From assembly GCA_047602405.1 (NCBI GenBank), contig JASGHJ010000002.1, positions 2,528,001-2,592,000 of the forward strand: a DNA stretch of 64,000 bases, in the 5' to 3' direction. Origin of the DNA: Anaeromyxobacteraceae bacterium (lineage in GTDB: Bacteria; Myxococcota; Myxococcia; Myxococcales; Anaeromyxobacteraceae). The position numbers and the translations under genes were made by a program. A model generated the notes under the pieces. That model had not been told where the DNA came from. It did not search any database and was given only the letters and a program-made list of their open reading frames with translations. Shown in pieces: positions 9,650 through 19,004 of the stretch. Each line of letters begins with the position of its first letter. Position 1 is the stretch's first letter.

Positions 9650-11251
9650 TCAGGCGCGCCGCGCGCGGCGCCTGCGCAGCGCCCCGAGGAGCTCCTCGAG
9701 CTCGGGGAGCCCGAGCGCCTTCGCGGCGCCGAGGTACGTGAGCACGCCCGCGAGGACCGGCAGGAGCCCGACGAGCAGCTGGCGCGGCACCCCGTGGATC
9801 CCCGCCGCGAGGCACCCCCTCGCCACGCCCTCGAGCGTGGCCCACGAGGCGGCCGCCAGCGGCGCGGACGCGAGGAGCACGCGGCCGAGCTGGCGGACGA
9901 GCGAGGGCCCGCCGAAGGAGCCCTGCACCCGTTGGAAGGACCACGCGAGCACGAGGTAGTTCACCCAGGCCGCGGCGGAGGTGCCGAGCGCCACGCCGCG
10001 GTGGCCGAGCACGGGCCACAGTCCGGCGCAGAGGACGACGTTCGCGAGCATCCCGGCGACGCTGCCGGCCACGGGGATCCGGGGCCGGTCGAGGGCGTAG
10101 AAGGCGGGGGCGAGCACCTTCACGCCGGAGTAGGCGTAGAGCCCGCCCGCGTAGAAGACGAGCGCCTCCGCGGTGCCGCGCGCGGCGTCCGGGCCGAACC
10201 GGCCGTGCTCGTAGATCATCGAGATGATGGGGAGCGCCAGCACCGCGAGCCCCACCGCGGACGGCACGTTCAGGAAGGCGACGAGGCGCATGGCCGAGCC
10301 CGCCATCTCCCGGACCGCGGCGTGGTCCCGGGCGGCGACGCGCTGGGCGATGCCGGCCCCCGCCACCGTGGCGATCGCGACGCCGAACACGCCGAGCGGC
10401 AGCTGCATGAGCCGGAACGCGTTCGAGAGCCAGGTCGCGCCGCCCTCCTGGTGCGACACGAACCACGTGCTGACGAGCACGTTCACCTGCGTCGCCGAGA
10501 GCCCGACCACGGCGGCCGCCATGAGCCGCCCGATGCGCCGGACCGACGGATCGCCGAGGTCGCGGGGCGCGAGGCGCGGCCTCGGGATGTAGCCCTGGGC
10601 CTGGAGGCTCGGCAGCTGGATGACGAGCTGCAGGAGGCCGCCGATCATCGTCCCCACCGCCCAGCCCGTGAGCGCCCGCTCGGGAGGCCAGCCCAGCTGC
10701 CAGATGACGACGCCGGCGGCGATCGAGCCGGCGTTGAACATCGTGGAGGCGAGCGCCGGGGCGGTGAAGCGCCCCTGCGCGTTGAGGATGCCCATCGCCA
10801 GCGCCGCCAGCGAGACGAGGAGCAGGAACGGCATCATGATCCGCGCGAGCCGGGTCGCGAGGTCCGGGGCCGTGAGCCCAGGCGCGAGCGCGGCCACCAG
10901 CCCGTCGGCGAAGAGCACCCCGAGGAGCACCAGCGTGCCGAGCACGAGGCACACGAGCGCGGTCATCACGTCGGCGAGCCGGTGCGCGGCCCCGTCCCCC
11001 TGGTTCCGCCGGACGTCCGCGAACGTCGGCACGAACGCGGAGGACAGCGCCCCCTCGGCGAAGAGGTCGCGCAGGATGTTCGGGATGCGGAACGCGACCA
11101 CGAAGGCGTCGGTCAGGTGCCCCGCGCCGAAGAGCGCGGCGAACAGCTGATCCCGGAGCAGCCCCAGCACGCGGGACGACATCGTCGCCGCCGAGAGCCA
11201 GATCGCCCGGCCGACCTTGACCGTCCCGTCGCCGGGCGGGGCCCCCGCCAC
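9650..11251 (-). CDS. murJ: Lipid II flippase MurJ (MviN)
   Basis: SRVLGLLRD, AFRIPNILRDLFAEGALSSAFVP, RLMQLPLGVFG; GTG start overlaps the upstream stop. Confidence 0.92.
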   Translation of the reverse strand: MAGAPPGDGTVKVGRAIWLSAATMSSRVLGLLRDQLFAALFGAGHLTDAFVVAFRIPNILRDLFAEGALSSAFVPTFADVRRNQGDGAAHRLADVMTALVCLVLGTLVLLGVLFADGLVAALAPGLTAPDLATRLARIMMPFLLLVSLAALAMGILNAQGRFTAPALASTMFNAGSIAAGVVIWQLGWPPERALTGWAVGTMIGGLLQLVIQLPSLQAQGYIPRPRLAPRDLGDPSVRRIGRLMAAAVVGLSATQVNVLVSTWFVSHQEGGATWLSNAFRLMQLPLGVFGVAIATVAGAGIAQRVAARDHAAVREMAGSAMRLVAFLNVPSAVGLAVLALPIISMIYEHGRFGPDAARGTAEALVFYAGGLYAYSGVKVLAPAFYALDRPRIPVAGSVAGMLANVVLCAGLWPVLGHRGVALGTSAAAWVNYLVLAWSFQRVQGSFGGPSLVRQLGRVLLASAPLAAASWATLEGVARGCLAAGIHGVPRQLLVGLLPVLAGVLTYLGAAKALGLPELEELLGALRRRRARRA

Positions 11252-12393
11252 TAGTGCTTCCCGCCCACGTTCGTCTTCGACGCCATCTCCTTCTTCGTCA
11301 GCCAGGCCTTCGCCTGCGACTGGATGGTCTGCGGGACGTTGCGGTCGCGGGAGAGCTCCTTGATGTCGCGCTCCTGGAGCGTGAGGAGCATCTTGAGCGC
11401 GGTGGGGAGCGGGACCTTCGGGTTCTTCACGAGCGAGAGCTTGATCGCGTAGGTCTTCAGGAACTCGCGGTTCGAGTAGATGTAGCGCAGGACCTCGCCG
11501 TGGATGACGCGCGAGTTGGCGAGCGAGAGGATCTCGCCGTCGGTGATGCGCGGGCTCGTCGCCGCCGCCAGGCACACGAGCTTGTTCGAGTCGCGCAGGA
11601 GCAGCGTGCGCGCCTCCTTGTTGCCCATGGTGGCGAGCTTCACCTTCTCGGAGACGGTCATCTTCATGACCTTCTGCGAGATGGTGAGCTTCTTCTGCGC
11701 CTCCTCGGCGCTCTCGGCGGGGGTGGCCGCCGCCTCCTCCTTCTCGTGCGCGAGCTCCGCCTGGTACTGGGCGAGGAGCCCCTCCGCCGTCTCCTCCGGC
11801 TCCGGCGGCTTCGCGGTCGGGTCGACCCCGTGCACGCGGAGGTGGGCGGCGACGAGCTGGGGGACGTCGAGGAGGGTGAGGCCGTTGCGGACGCAGAAGT
11901 CGCAGGCGCCGTCGATCGACGAGGCGAGCGCGTTCGGGTTCTGGCAGAGCGCCCGGATGATGGGATCGTGGCGCAGGAGCCGGAGCTCGTTCTGCCGCAC
12001 GATGTCGGCGAGCTTCTGCGACACCCCCGACGCGAGCCGCGCGACGGTCTCGTCGGGCGTCGCCGGGTTCAGGAGGAGGAGCTCGAGCGCCGGCTCCTTC
12101 GCGGCGAAGCGGTCGGCGAGCCAGTCGAGGACCTGGCCCTTCAGGTCCTCGGCGCGGAGCGCCACGCCCCAGATCTTGTCCGGCAGCCCCTCCGCGGTCT
12201 TCGCGGCGGTGGTGCGCACGCCCTCGTCCGGGTCGAACGTGAGCATGTAGAGCAGCGTGACGAGGTCGTCCGGCGCGACCGCGGGGACGAGTCCCTTCGC
12301 GCCCATCATCCGGAGCGGGGGCGGCGCCTTCTCGTCCGCGTGCTTCTGCAGCGGCTTCGGGAGCGTGTCGAGGGGCAGCGGACGGTCGGGCAT
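11251..12393 (-). CDS. Conserved hypothetical protein, helical-repeat-like
   Basis: Strong codon bias; KVKLATMGNKEARTLLLRDSNKLV and LVKNPKVP segments. Confidence 0.7.
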   Translation of the reverse strand: MPDRPLPLDTLPKPLQKHADEKAPPPLRMMGAKGLVPAVAPDDLVTLLYMLTFDPDEGVRTTAAKTAEGLPDKIWGVALRAEDLKGQVLDWLADRFAAKEPALELLLLNPATPDETVARLASGVSQKLADIVRQNELRLLRHDPIIRALCQNPNALASSIDGACDFCVRNGLTLLDVPQLVAAHLRVHGVDPTAKPPEPEETAEGLLAQYQAELAHEKEEAAATPAESAEEAQKKLTISQKVMKMTVSEKVKLATMGNKEARTLLLRDSNKLVCLAAATSPRITDGEILSLANSRVIHGEVLRYIYSNREFLKTYAIKLSLVKNPKVPLPTALKMLLTLQERDIKELSRDRNVPQTIQSQAKAWLTKKEMASKTNVGGKH

Positions 12394-12395
12394 CT

Positions 12396-12944
12396 TCAGG
12401 CTTCCTCTCCGGCGGAGGGGGCCGGCGGGGCGGGGCGGGGCTCGGCCAGGCCGAGCGAGAGCGGGGAGAGCTCGAGGACGGGTGCCCTGCGCTGGCGCCA
12501 GCGGTGGCGGAGCTTCCCGAGCCAGACGTTGACCGGGTTCCCGCGGGGCAGGAACGGCAGCACCGGCGACGAGCGGCGGCCGAGCGCGAGGCGCGCCGCG
12601 GTGAGCGCCTCGTCGTCGGGCCACAGGTCGAGGCCGCGCTTCACGTGGCGCACCGCGCGCTCGCGCTGGTTGAGCGCGAGGTGCGCGCGGGCGGCGTTGA
12701 GGAGCAGCTCCGGGGAAGGCCCGGACGTGCGCAGCGCCTGGTCGCACAGGAGCACGCCGAGGTTCGAGTTCCGCTCGACGAGCACGAGCGTCACGCCGTA
12801 CCAGCTCATGGCGCGCGGCTCGCGGGGATTGGCGCGGTGGGCCCGCTCGAAGGCGGCGTGGGCGAGGTCGAGCGACCGCGCCACGAAGGCCGCGAGCCCC
12901 CGCTCGAGGGCCTCCGCGCCTGGGCTCCTCCCCTCGGGGTTCAT
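12396..12944 (-). CDS. TPR-like hypothetical protein
   Basis: TPR-like helices; co-oriented in the coaX operon. Confidence 0.6.
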   Translation of the reverse strand: MNPEGRSPGAEALERGLAAFVARSLDLAHAAFERAHRANPREPRAMSWYGVTLVLVERNSNLGVLLCDQALRTSGPSPELLLNAARAHLALNQRERAVRHVKRGLDLWPDDEALTAARLALGRRSSPVLPFLPRGNPVNVWLGKLRHRWRQRRAPVLELSPLSLGLAEPRPAPPAPSAGEEA

Positions 12945-12976
12945 GGCCGGGCTCCCGGAGGCGGTCGGGGCCGCGC

Positions 12977-13744
12977 TCACCGGTTCCGCTCGTGCAGGAT
13001 CCGCAGCCCCTGCAGCGTGAGGTGCTCGTCGACCTCGGTGATGGCCTTCGACACGCCCGCCACGAGCGCGGCGAGCCCGCCGGTCGCGACGACCGTCGGC
13101 CCGAACCCGAGCTCGGCCGCCATCCGGTCGCAGATCCCGTCGACCAGGCCGACGTAGCCGTAGACGAGGCCGCTCTGCATCGAGGCGACCGTGTTCTTGC
13201 CCACCACCTGGGGCGGCCGGAGGAACTCGACCCGCGGCAGCTTCGAGGCGTTGCGGAAGAGCGCCTCCATCGAGATCGCGATCCCCGGGCAGATCGCGCC
13301 GCCGAGGTACTCGCCCCGCGGGGAGACCGCGTCGAACGTCGTCGCGGTGCCGAAGTCCACGACGACGAGCCCCTTCTTCCACTTCTCGAACGCGGCCACC
13401 GCGTTCACGACGCGGTCGGCGCCGACCTCGCGCGGGTTGTCGTAGAGGATCGGCATGCCGGTCTTCACGCCCGGCCCGACGAACATCGGCTTCACCGCGT
13501 TGAAGTAGCGGGCGCACATCCGCTCGAGCGCGAGCTGCAGCGGCGGCACCACGCTCGACACCGCGATGGCGTCCACCCGGGCCGGGTCCAGGCCCTCCAC
13601 CTGGAAGAGCTGCCGGACGAGGATGCCGTACTCGTCCGACGTGCGCGTGTGGCTCGTCTCGATGCGCCAGTGCTGGCGCAGGTGGTCGCCCTCGAAGGCG
13701 CCCAGGACCGTGTTGGTGTTGCCGACGTCGATGGCGAGCAGCAC
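12977..13744 (-). CDS. coaX: Type III pantothenate kinase
   Basis: [31 protein letters not shown]. Confidence 0.95.
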   Translation of the reverse strand: MLLAIDVGNTNTVLGAFEGDHLRQHWRIETSHTRTSDEYGILVRQLFQVEGLDPARVDAIAVSSVVPPLQLALERMCARYFNAVKPMFVGPGVKTGMPILYDNPREVGADRVVNAVAAFEKWKKGLVVVDFGTATTFDAVSPRGEYLGGAICPGIAISMEALFRNASKLPRVEFLRPPQVVGKNTVASMQSGLVYGYVGLVDGICDRMAAELGFGPTVVATGGLAALVAGVSKAITEVDEHLTLQGLRILHERNR

Positions 13745-13775
13745 GGGCGGAGACTACTTTCGCCCACCCTGGCGG

Positions 13776-14853
13776 TCAACGCGGCCGCAGGAGCGTCACG
13801 TCCCCCGCCACGAACCGCCGCACCGCCCCGGCCGCGGCCGGATTGGCGGCGTCCAGCCGGACGAGGAGCGCGCCCGTCGGGTCGAGGTCCTCGGCCACGC
13901 CCTCGTACTCCCCCTCGTCGGCCCGCACGATCACGCGCTGGCCGAGGGTGACCGTGCGCTCCCGCCAGGCGTCGAGGATCGCCCCGAAGCCCCGCTCGGC
14001 GTGGACGTCCAGCCACTCCTCGAGCCCGGTGAGGCAGGCCGCCGCGAAGAGCGCGCGGGGGGCGGGCCCGCCGCGCTCGATGGCGACGGACGTGGCGATC
14101 GGCTTCGAGCTCCGGCGGGAAGTCCTCCCGCCGCATGTTGACGTTCACGCCCACGCCCACCACCACCCACTGGACGCGGTCCGGATCCGCTGCGAGCTCG
14201 GTGAGGATGCCGCCGAGCTTCTTCCCCGACGCGTACAGGTCGTTCGGCCACTTGATGCCGGCCGGCACCCCCGCGTGGCGCAGGGCCTCGCAGATCGCGA
14301 TCGAGGTCACGAGCGTCAGCTCGGCGGCGCGGACGGGCGACAGGTCGGGGCGGAGCACCGCCGAGAAGTAGAGGTTCTTCCCGGGCGGGCTGACCCAGCT
14401 GCGGCCGCGGCGGCCCCGCCCGGCGGTCTGGGTCTCGGCGATGACGACGGTGCCGTGCTCGGCCCCCTCCCCCGCGAGCTCCTTCGCGCGGTCGTTCGTC
14501 GAGCCGAGCTCGTGGTGGGTCTCGAGCTCCTGACCGAGGTCGTGGGTGTTGAGGAGCGGCCTGAGCTCGAGCGGGGTGAGCCGGTCCGGCACCGCCGCGA
14601 GCCGGTAGCCGCGGGCGGGCACCGCGTCGATCCGGTACCCGTGGCCGCGGAGCGCCTCGACGTGCTTCCAGACGGCCGCCCGGGAGAGCCCGAGCTTGCC
14701 CGAGATCGCCTCCCCGGAGACGAACTCGTCGCCCGCCTCCGCGAGGAACGCGAGCACGAGCTCCTCGTTGCCGCCGGAGGAGTTGCCGGGGCCCGCCCCG
14801 CTCCCGGAGGAGGGGTCGGAGCCGTACTCGGAGTTGCTCCCGGGGCCGGGCAT
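13776..14853 (-). CDS. birA: Bifunctional biotin-protein ligase/repressor BirA, interrupted by a +1 frameshift near 14105
   Basis: HTH (SGEAISGKLGLSRAAVWKHVEAL), QTAGRGRRGRSW, IKWPND, KLGGIL; the C-terminal part (IATSVA...GALLVR...GDV) continues in another frame to TGA at 13776. Confidence 0.9.
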
Positions 14854-14950
14854 GAGGTCCCGATGAAAGGCACTCCCCACGAGGGCCGTCAAGCGCGAGG
14901 ACCGATGATTTGCGGCCCGCCCGCGGGTACATCCCGGAGGGAGACCCACC

Positions 14951-15979
14951 ATGACCGCCACCGCCGCCGCCGTCCGCGACCTCGAGGCCCACCGGGAGGT
15001 GCTCACCGGGCACTGCTACCGGATGCTCGGCTCCCCCGCGGAGGCCGACGACGCCGTCCAGGAGACGATGATCCGGGCGCTCCGCGCCATCGACCGGTTC
15101 GACGGCCGGGCGTCGCTGCGCACCTGGCTCTACCGGATCGCGACCAACGTCTGCCTCGACCTCCTCGCCGACCGCGGGCGCCGCGAGCGCCCGGTGGGGC
15201 TCGGCCCCGCCGGCACGGTCGACGACACGCTCGTGGAGCGGCCGCGGACGCACTGGCTCGAGCCCGTGCCCGACCTGCAGGCCGTCCCCGCCGACGGCGA
15301 CCCCGCCGAGCGCGCCGCGCTCCGCCAGAGCATCCGGCTCGCCTTCGTGGCGGCGCTGCAGCACCTCCCCGCCCGGCAGCGGGCCGCCCTCCTCCTCGCC
15401 GACGTGCTCGGCTGGAGCGCGGCGGAGATCGCGGAGGCCCTCGCGACGACCGTCGCCGCGGTGAACTCGGCGCTGCAGCGGGCGCGCGCGACCCTCGCCG
15501 AGCGCGCGCCGGCCGTGGAGGGCGCCGGCCGGATCGGGCCCGAGGACGAGGCGCTCCTCGCCCGCTACGTGGAGCTCTTCGAGCGCTACGACATCGAGGC
15601 GCTCGCGCGCCTGCTCTGCGAGGACGCGGTGCTCTCGATGCCGCCGTACACGCTCTGGCTCCAGGGCCCGCAGGACGTGGCGGCGTGGATGCTCGGGCGC
15701 GGGATCGGCTGCCTCGGCTCGCGGCTCGTACCCACCCGCGCGAACGGGCTGCCGGCGTTCGGCCAGTACCGGCGCACCCCCGGCGGAGGCCACCGCGCCT
15801 GGTCGCTCGTCGTGCTGGAGCTCCGGGGCGGGAAGATCGGGGCGATGACGCACTTCCTCGACGTGGAGCACCTGTTCCCGCGGTTCGGGCTGCCGCTCGA
15901 GCTCGCGCCCCGGCCGGAGGCCGCCGGGGAGCACGCCGGGCGGGGCGCGGAGGTGACCTACATCGTCCCCTCGACCTGA
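14951..15979 (+). CDS. ECF sigma factor with C-terminal SnoaL-like extension (SigG-like)
   Basis: [49 protein letters not shown]. Confidence 0.88.
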   Translation: MTATAAAVRDLEAHREVLTGHCYRMLGSPAEADDAVQETMIRALRAIDRFDGRASLRTWLYRIATNVCLDLLADRGRRERPVGLGPAGTVDDTLVERPRTHWLEPVPDLQAVPADGDPAERAALRQSIRLAFVAALQHLPARQRAALLLADVLGWSAAEIAEALATTVAAVNSALQRARATLAERAPAVEGAGRIGPEDEALLARYVELFERYDIEALARLLCEDAVLSMPPYTLWLQGPQDVAAWMLGRGIGCLGSRLVPTRANGLPAFGQYRRTPGGGHRAWSLVVLELRGGKIGAMTHFLDVEHLFPRFGLPLELAPRPEAAGEHAGRGAEVTYIVPST

Positions 15980-16022
15980 GGGGCGTTGACGCGACCCCGC
16001 GACCGGCCCCACGCTCGGTCGC

Positions 16023-17312
16023 ATGAACGGTGGACCTCGGGCCCTGACGGGGCTCCTCTCCCTGGCCCTGCTGGCGATCGCGCCGCTCCTCGCCGGCTGC
16101 GCCGACGGTCAGGGCGCGCCGACGCGCAGCGCCTCCGCCGCGGCCGCGAGCACCGCCGTGACCTGGTCGGTCGTGGAGGCGGGTGGCGGCAGCGTGAGCG
16201 CGGCCGGGCTCTACTCCGCCCCCGCCACCGAGGCCACCTACCACGTGCGCGCGACCAGCGTCGCCGACGCCTCCGTGCACGGCGACGCCTCCGTGACCGT
16301 GAAGGCCGCCGGCGCCGGCGGGCCCGCCGCCATGGCGCTGCTCGCGCACGCCGACCCGTACGACGGCGCGCCGTCGGGCGGCGCGAAGGCGCTCGACCTC
16401 GGCGCCGCGCGCGGGCAGGTGCTCCTGTTCTGGAAGAACGACGGCAACGGTGGCGAGAGCCACGACGCGAGCATCCGCGGCTGGCTGCCCGGCGTGGCGG
16501 CCGCCTACGTGGTCGAGACGGCCCCCTCCTCGACCGGCCCGTGGACCGCCCGGGTGACGGTCTCGACGAGCCCGCGCACCGGCACGGCCCAGAACACGCT
16601 CACGAGCCGCCAGCACCTCTTCTCGGCGGCCGGCGACCGCTGGCTGCGCGTGCGGGTGACCGCGGGCGACACGAGCCTCGGCCGGGTGGACGTGCTCGAC
16701 GCGACGAACGGCGCCGCCGACTCGTTCGTCATCTTCGGCGACTCCATCACGCAGTACGCGGCCGAGGCGAGCCCCTCCACCTCGATCGCCGACCGGGTCG
16801 CGGCGCTGACCGGGGGCGCGCACCACCCCGTCGTCGAGGGCGCGGGCATCACCTACGACAAGTACGACGGCGACGCGCCCGCCGGGAACGACACCGACGC
16901 GCGCCAGCGGCTCCTCGACGACCTGCCGCTCCACCCCGGCAGGTACGTCGGCCTCGCCTACGGCACGAACGACTCGGTGAACGACGCGACCGAGGTCGCC
17001 GCGTTCAAGGCCGCGTTCCGCACCTGCCTCGACCGGATCCTCGCGGCCGGGAAGGTGCCGATGGTGGCGACCGTGCCCTGGAACGCGGAGCAGACCACGA
17101 TCGTGGCGCGCAACCAGCACCTCGCGGCGGTGCTCGCCGAGGCCGCCTACGCGGGGAAGTGGATCGCCGGGCCGGACCTGTACGCGTTCTTCAGCCAGCC
17201 CGCGAACCAGCACTTCATCACCGACGGCGACGGGCTCCACCCGAGCGTCGCCGGCGAGTCGGAGTGGCGCCGCCTGTGGGCGGAGGCCATCGTCGCGAAC
17301 GTGTACAGGTGA
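16023..17312 (+). CDS. Lipoprotein with Ig-like segment and SGNH/GDSL hydrolase domain
   Basis: Lipobox LAGC, GDSIT, GTND, DGLHP. Confidence 0.85.
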   Translation: MNGGPRALTGLLSLALLAIAPLLAGCADGQGAPTRSASAAAASTAVTWSVVEAGGGSVSAAGLYSAPATEATYHVRATSVADASVHGDASVTVKAAGAGGPAAMALLAHADPYDGAPSGGAKALDLGAARGQVLLFWKNDGNGGESHDASIRGWLPGVAAAYVVETAPSSTGPWTARVTVSTSPRTGTAQNTLTSRQHLFSAAGDRWLRVRVTAGDTSLGRVDVLDATNGAADSFVIFGDSITQYAAEASPSTSIADRVAALTGGAHHPVVEGAGITYDKYDGDAPAGNDTDARQRLLDDLPLHPGRYVGLAYGTNDSVNDATEVAAFKAAFRTCLDRILAAGKVPMVATVPWNAEQTTIVARNQHLAAVLAEAAYAGKWIAGPDLYAFFSQPANQHFITDGDGLHPSVAGESEWRRLWAEAIVANVYR

Positions 17313-17342
17313 CGGTCGAAGGACAACGGTGCCGTGGGGGCG

Positions 17343-17740
17343 AAACGCGCCTCCGCGATGGCGCTTGCTCGGACGGGTTTGAGACGGGACAGATCGCCGG
17401 AACCGTTGCCGTTCCATGGCGGTGATCGGCGGCAGCAGGCCGTCGATTGAGATGCGCGTGACGGCACAGCGCGCTGCGCGCGCCATGCCGTCACACGCCC
17501 ACATCTCTAGGCCTGCAATGCTGCGACTTGGAGACGGAACCTCGCCCGTCCCCAGTATCGATGCATTGCAGGCCAAGGAACCATCGCGCGGGGACGGCGC
17601 CGTGCGCGCAGCGCACGACGTCGTCACGCGCACATGGTCCGCAGGCCTGCTGCGCGATCACCGCCGTGCAACAGCCACGGTTCCGGCGATCTCTTCCGTC
17701 TCAAACCCGTCCGAGCAAGCGCTGTCGCGGAGGCCCGTTT
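17343..17740. repeat. About 400-bp imperfect palindrome (fold-back) between convergent genes
   Basis: 17343-17441 is the reverse complement of about 17644-17740; inner arms also pair (GGCCTGCAATGC / GCATTGCAGGCC); centre about 17541. Confidence 0.9.
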
Positions 17741-17796
17741 GGCTCCTGCGGACACGCATGCCGACAGCGAAAGCCCGCGCGGAGACGCCGAGGGAC

Positions 17797-18630
17797 TCAG
17801 CCCAGCTCGAACGAGACGTCGACCGCGCGCGCCGAGTGCGTGATCGCGCCCATCGAGACGAAGTCGACGCCGGTCGCGGCCACCCGCGGCAGCCGCTCGA
17901 GGGTCATGTTGCCGGAGGCCTCGAGGAGCACCTTGCCGGCGGCGCGCCGGACGGCCTCGGCCATGGCGGCGTCGTCCATGTTGTCGAGGAGGACGATGTC
18001 CGCGCCGGCGGCGATGGCCGCCTCGAGCCCGGGCAGGTCCACCACCTCGACCTCGATCTTCAGCATCGCGCCGGCGTTGGCGCGCGCGCGGCGGACCGCC
18101 TCGGCGACGCCGCCCGCGGCCGCGACGTGGTTGTCCTTCACGAGGATGCCGTCGCCGAGCGAGGTGCGGTGGTTCTTGCCCCCGCCCGCGCGGACCGCCG
18201 CCTTCTCGAGCGTGCGCCAGCCCGGCGTGGTCTTGCGCGTGTCGAGGAGCCGGGTCTTCGCGCCGCCTGCGGCGAGTGCGTCGACGCACCGGCGCGTCGC
18301 GGTCGCGACGCCGGAGAGGCGCTGCAGGAAGTTGAGGGCGGTGCGCTCGGCGGCGAGGAGCGCGCGGACCGGGCCGCGCGCGGTGCCCACGAGGTCCCCG
18401 CGCCGTGCCCGGGCGCCGTCCTCGAGCTCGAAGCGACACTCCGCCCCGAGCTTCTGGAAGACGCGGCAGGCGACCGCGGTCCCGGCGAGGACCAGCTCCT
18501 CCTTCACGAGGAACCGGCCCTCACCGGCCGCGGCGGGATCGATCGTCGCCTCGCTCGTCACGTCGCCGAGGAGGAGATCCTCCTCGAGCGCGAGCTCGAT
18601 GAGCCGCTCGACGTGCGCCGGGAGCGACAT
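17797..18630 (-). CDS. nadC: Nicotinate-nucleotide pyrophosphorylase (quinolinate phosphoribosyltransferase)
   Basis: ERTALNFLQRLSGVAT, DTRKTTPG, LVKDNH, LLDNM, EASGN. Confidence 0.96.
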   Translation of the reverse strand: MSLPAHVERLIELALEEDLLLGDVTSEATIDPAAAGEGRFLVKEELVLAGTAVACRVFQKLGAECRFELEDGARARRGDLVGTARGPVRALLAAERTALNFLQRLSGVATATRRCVDALAAGGAKTRLLDTRKTTPGWRTLEKAAVRAGGGKNHRTSLGDGILVKDNHVAAAGGVAEAVRRARANAGAMLKIEVEVVDLPGLEAAIAAGADIVLLDNMDDAAMAEAVRRAAGKVLLEASGNMTLERLPRVAATGVDFVSMGAITHSARAVDVSFELG

Positions 18631-18668
18631 GCCGATCCGCTGCCGGTGGCGCAGGCCACCGGACCGCG

Positions 18669-19004
18669 CTAGCGCTTCTTCGCCTTCCTGGCGGCCTTCT
18701 TCTTCGCGGGCTTCCTGGCCGCCGGCTTCCTGGCGACCTTCTTCGCCGCCTTCTTCTTCGCGACCTTCCTGGCGCCCTTCGTCTTCGGCGCCGCCTTCTT
18801 CGGCGCCGCCTTCTTCGCGGCCTTCTTCGCCGGCTTCCGCGCCGCGATCTTCTTCTTCACGGCCGCGACGGCCTCGGAGCCCGCCTCCACGGCGTTCTTC
18901 GCCATGTCGGTCACGGCGGCCACGGCGTTCTGCGCGGCCTGCACGATCGGGTTCTCGCTCGTGGGCGCGGGCGCGCCCGGGTTCGTGTTCTCGTTGTTCT
19001 CCAT
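18669..19004 (-). CDS. Possible independently translated histone-H1-like protein (111 aa) nested in frame in the valS 3' end
   Basis: AGGAGG RBS (minus strand, 19011-19016) before ATG MENNENT; PAKKAAKK repeats. Confidence 0.5.
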   Translation of the reverse strand: MENNENTNPGAPAPTSENPIVQAAQNAVAAVTDMAKNAVEAGSEAVAAVKKKIAARKPAKKAAKKAAPKKAAPKTKGARKVAKKKAAKKVARKPAARKPAKKKAARKAKKR

